Positions 59,996-64,000 of a stretch of 64,000 bases of DNA are shown one piece after another; position 1 is the first letter of the stretch; each line of letters opens with the position of its first letter. The DNA is from Chiloscyllium plagiosum (taxonomy: Eukaryota): contig NC_057717.1 of the NCBI RefSeq assembly GCF_004010195.1, forward strand, positions 103,035,667 through 103,099,666, read 5' to 3'. Made by a program: the position numbers and the translations under genes. The notes below the pieces were generated by a model. That model was not told the DNA's origin. It saw only the letters and a list, made by a program, of their open reading frames with translations, and made no database searches.

Positions 59996-60639
59996 CGAGG
60001 GCAAATGGGAAAGAAGGATAAGCCAATAAGTACGACCTATGGATGTTCATGTGGAGCATAGACATCAAGGTGGACTAGCTGGGCTGAGAAACTTTTTACT
60101 GTACTGTCAATTTGATGTTACTCAGTAACTTTAAACACCTGCACATCTGACTCATTTGAAGTTCCAGGAATGTACTCATGAGTATAAGAGAAGCTAATGA
60201 ATCCTGATTTGTGAAGATGAGGATCAAACTGAGAATTTGCAGCTAGTGAAGAGAAGGCCGTGAGGATTTCTAACTGCAGCAGCATGCTGTAGGAGCGGCG
60301 AGGGATTTGGAAGATAACTGTTAAAAAAAATTCACTCTTACATGTCATGTTTGTTCTATCCCATGTGAGAGTGACACACAGAGGAGTAACATTCAAATTG
60401 TTGACAGGGTTTGTCTACGTACAGAGTCAACAGCTTCTGTGATGATAAAATGGGTTTTGACACCAAAAGCATCAGTCTTTTTGGAAGAAAATTTGTAAAA
60501 GGGAAATATCAGAGATAGACAAATTGTTCACCGTTTTGTATGACAGACCAGAGCTGTCAATAGCCGGGTGAATTTTCACCCTGAGATTTAACTCTCTCAT
60601 TTGTGCCATGATAATACAATGGTAAGTTTTAGGGAAGTG

Positions 60640-60970
60640 ATGGCCTACTGGTATTATCATTGGACTATTAATCAAGAGACCCACCTAATGTTCTGGGGAC
60701 CCAGGTTCAAATCCTGCCAAGGCAGATGGGGAGTTTGAAATCAATAAAAAATTTGGAATTATGAATCAAATGATGAACGTGAATCCTGTTCTGCTTCACA
60801 AACATTCTTTAGGGAAGGAAACTGCCATCCTTCCCTGGTCTGGCCTACATATGACTTCAGGCCCACAGCAATGTGTTTCATGCTCAACTGCCCTCTGGGG
60901 CAATTAAGGACGGGCAACGAATGCTGGCCTAACCAGTGATGCTTTCGTCCTGTGAATAACTGGGGTAAAA
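60640..60970 (+). mobile_element. SINE family B, near full length
   Basis: ggtattatcattggactattaatc..ggttcaaatcc...ggcaattaaggacgggcaacgaatgctggcc. Confidence 0.78.
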
Positions 60971-61999
60971 AAGAGTTGTATCTGGTCAAAACAACAACTA
61001 TGGAGTTACCAGGTCATCTACTTCTCAGTTAGCTATCGCATTCCTTCGACAGAAAGAAATACATCTGTCTGGCCCTTTTAACTGATTGTGCGCCTAGGAA
61101 ATCCGATGTCTCTGGTCATGGTCTCCATGGGTCCTTGTAAGGCTGATGAACTCAATCCAGCCACATCTCCCACCACACATTTTCCAGGGGTTGGAATTGG
61201 TCCTCGGCCTCAAGATGACAGACACTCCTCTCTCCAGTTCCTCTTCCTGTTGTTCACTGGTGCTCTGTGTCCCTTCACAACAGGAGTTGCCTCCAAATTA
61301 GTTTCTTCTGCGCAAAGGTCTCCCATGCATTGACATCGATGTCTCATTCCTTGAGGGAAGCCTTCAGGGACTCTCTGAAACATACAGAGTCGAGGCTGTG
61401 TGTTTCTCTTTGAAATTGTTTGTTCGTTATTCTTCCTGACTGCGAAAATCCAGATCTGGAAATGCGGCCAGCATTTATCTATCATTGATCCTCGACGTTG
61501 AGTGACTGAGGAAATAATTGTCAGAAAGCCGGGAGCTGGTAAATATGAGATCCCAAATCTATAACAGTTGTTCTGCTGCTAAGGACGCCGTTGGCTGCTG
61601 CCAAGTAATAAAAATTAAGAAGGCTGTTTCCCTCTGCTTTCCATTGTTTGCAATATCCTGAAGATTTTGGTAATCATTCATTAAGTACACAGGCATTATC
61701 AATACAATGCAATTCAGTCTTCCCTTCCTGCAATTGAATCTTGAAACTCAGGCAGAACATTATCACCAATGACTTGAACTAAGTGCATTTAAATAGCATC
61801 TTTGATGCCAACTCAGAGTCACACAGCACAGAAACAGACCCTTCAATCCATGCCGAACATAATCCCAAATTAAACGAGTCCCACCTGCCTGCTCCTGGCC
61901 CATATCTCTCCAACCCTTTCCTATTCATTGACTTATCTAACCCTTTAGCCTTCAATGCGTAAGTCCAACTGCCAACATCCTGTGGTTAGCGTTGTCTAG

Positions 62000-62830
62000 A
62001 AATTGAACCACATAAATGCAACGGTTACAAGAGTAGGTCAGCATTTGGAATCCTCCAGCAAGTATCTCATCTCCTGACACCCCAAAGCCTGTCCATCATC
62101 TACAAGGCACAAGTCAGGAGTGTTATGGAATACTCCCCGCTTGCCTTGTTGAATGCAACTCCAACAACACCAAAAACGGTTTGCCACCATCCAAGACAAA
62201 GCAGCCATATCCCCTCCCACCACCACCGACGCTCAGTAGCAGCAGTGTGTACCATCTTAGATTAGATTAGATTAGATTACAGTGTGGAAACAGGCCCTTC
62301 GGCCCAACAAGTCTACACCGACCCGCCGAAGCGCAACCCACCCATACCCCTCCATTTACCCCTGACCTAACACTACGGGCAATTTAGCATGGCCAATTCA
62401 CCTGACCTGCACATCTTTGGACTGTGGGAGGAAACCGGAGTACCCGGAGGAAACCCACGCAGACACGGGGAGAACGTGCAAACTCCACACAGTCAGTCGC
62501 CTGAGGCGGGAATTGAACCTGGGTCTCAGGCGCTGTGAGGCAGCAGTGCTAACCACTCTGCCACTGTGCCACCCATCTACAAGATGCTCTGCAGAAATTC
62601 GCCAAGGCTCCTCACACACAACTGATAAACTAACGACCACTTCCGTTTAGATGGACAGTGGTAGCAGTTATGTGGGAACACCACACCCTGCAAGTTCCCC
62701 TCCAAGCCACTCACTATCCTAACTTGGAAATCCTGGAAGTCCCTTCCTAATAGCACTGTGGGTGTCCCTACACCACATGGACAGCAGTGATTCACAAAGG
62801 TAGCACCTTCTCAAGATAACTAGGGTTGGG
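62000..62830 (+). mobile_element. Family-B LINE 3' fragment interrupted by a young HE1
   Basis: IYKAQVRSVMEYSPLA; sequence continues after 62572. Confidence 0.85.
62258..62572 (-). mobile_element. Young full-length HE1/V-SINE with TSD
   Basis: CpG-rich, (aatct)n tail, direct repeat ccatct at 62252-62257 and 62573-62578. Confidence 0.93.
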
Positions 62831-63699
62831 AATTAATTCACAATGATAAAAATCCTGAGGTGTTTCATCATTATTTGACGTCTCATCATTATTTTCTATT
62901 GTCTGACATTTAGCTTGGTAAAATTCAAGATCCTTCATTCTAGTTTCCCAATTATAAAAAGCAATTAGTACAGTAGCTATCACGTTACGGTTTAATATTC
63001 TCACAGAAACTACCTGTGTTTGCACAGTAGATGTTGCAATTAGATCCTCTGTGTAATCTGCTAATTACATTCTTTTGACAATCTGTGTGTGGTTAGTTGT
63101 GCTGCCTTTAGCCAAATACAGTGATCAAACAACATTTAATATCTCTAATCTTTCTTCCCTTTCATCTCACTGCTGCCTCTCCTGGTTGTCCTCACATGAT
63201 GCCCTGGACCCTTTTTTTTTGAAAGTGAGGAATTTGTGAAGAATGATGACTCATATGGACCTCACTTTTGAAACTTGGATGGGTGGCATGTTGGAGGCGA
63301 GTGGGGGATCTGCTTTAGGTAGCAAAAGAAATAGAAACAATCTGGTATCCAAACCTTGGCAAGAGGGCAGAACCCAAGGAAAACATTTCAGGGAATTTGC
63401 AAAGAAGGTAGAGTTGGTTTCTGTCCTGTCTGACTCCATGACTCTGTCTGAAAAGCAGGTTTGGACACAACTTTGCTGTGATCAGCTGATGTAAGCAGAA
63501 TATTGAACATAATTGGGTACAAATGAATGGAAGAGTTTACATCAGATTTGGTGGCCAAATCATTCTACAAATCCAGATGACAGAATCACAGAATTGCTAC
63601 GGGGCAGAGTCAACTCATTTCGACTCCCATTGTGCCCATACTGACTCACTATGTAAGCGCCATTACTTAGTGCCATTGGTCTGCCTATTCAACTGATCT

Positions 63700-64000
63700 G
63701 AATGACAGAATCATCCAATCTCTAGTGTGAAGAAAGAGGCCATTTGGCCCGTCAGATCTGCACCATCCCATTCCCGTAACCCCGCTTGGGTTTTTTTTAA
63801 CCATGGCTAATCTAGCCGGCCTGCACATCCCTAAACATACGGTGCAATTTGTCACGGCCAGTCCACCTAATCTGCGCAGGTTATGAAGATGGGAGGAACC
63901 CGGAGCACCCGGAGGAAACCCACGCAGACACGGGGAGAACGTGCAAACTCCACACAGACAGTCACCCAAGGCTGGAGTTGCACCTAGGTTCCTGGTGCTG
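63700..64000 (-). mobile_element. HE1/V-SINE running off the window end
   Basis: V domain ccggagcacccggaggaaacccacgcagacacggggagaacgtgcaaactccacac. Confidence 0.9.

Noticed and set aside
62490..62572. tRNA gene (A and B boxes)
   Set aside because: It is the tRNA-derived head of an HE1 SINE continuing into the V domain; the same applies to the other SINE heads.

Overview
Vertebrate genomic DNA, almost certainly from a shark or other elasmobranch (inferred from HE1/V-SINEs, Deu-domain SINEs and HER1/CR1-type LINE tails). Most of the window is nested, decayed retroelements: CR1 LINE fragments of several ages, a second CR1/L2-group LINE family, L2 and Rex1/Babar remnants, several tRNA-derived SINE families, one solo LTR, and micro/minisatellites. 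There are three short N gaps. The only host-gene signal is a candidate first coding exon at 20081-20146 (+), encoding the signal peptide MQRMNLSITFSLLLLIGPNPCQ with a strong CAG|GTACGT donor; it resembles the short A-type first exon of noelin/olfactomedin (OLFM1/2/3) genes. If that is right, the rest of the window is its first intron. The most striking layer is about 18 Penelope-like element (PLE) derivatives from at least three families. Many are ~200 bp fold-back units with a one-sided ~38 nt tail and 13-16 bp target-site duplications, and they carry minimal type-I hammerhead ribozyme motifs (CTGANGA-stem II-GAAA-palindrome-TH). A stop-free GIY-YIG endonuclease fragment lies at the left edge. 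Repeat boundaries and family names are by eye and approximate; no database search or RNA folding was run.
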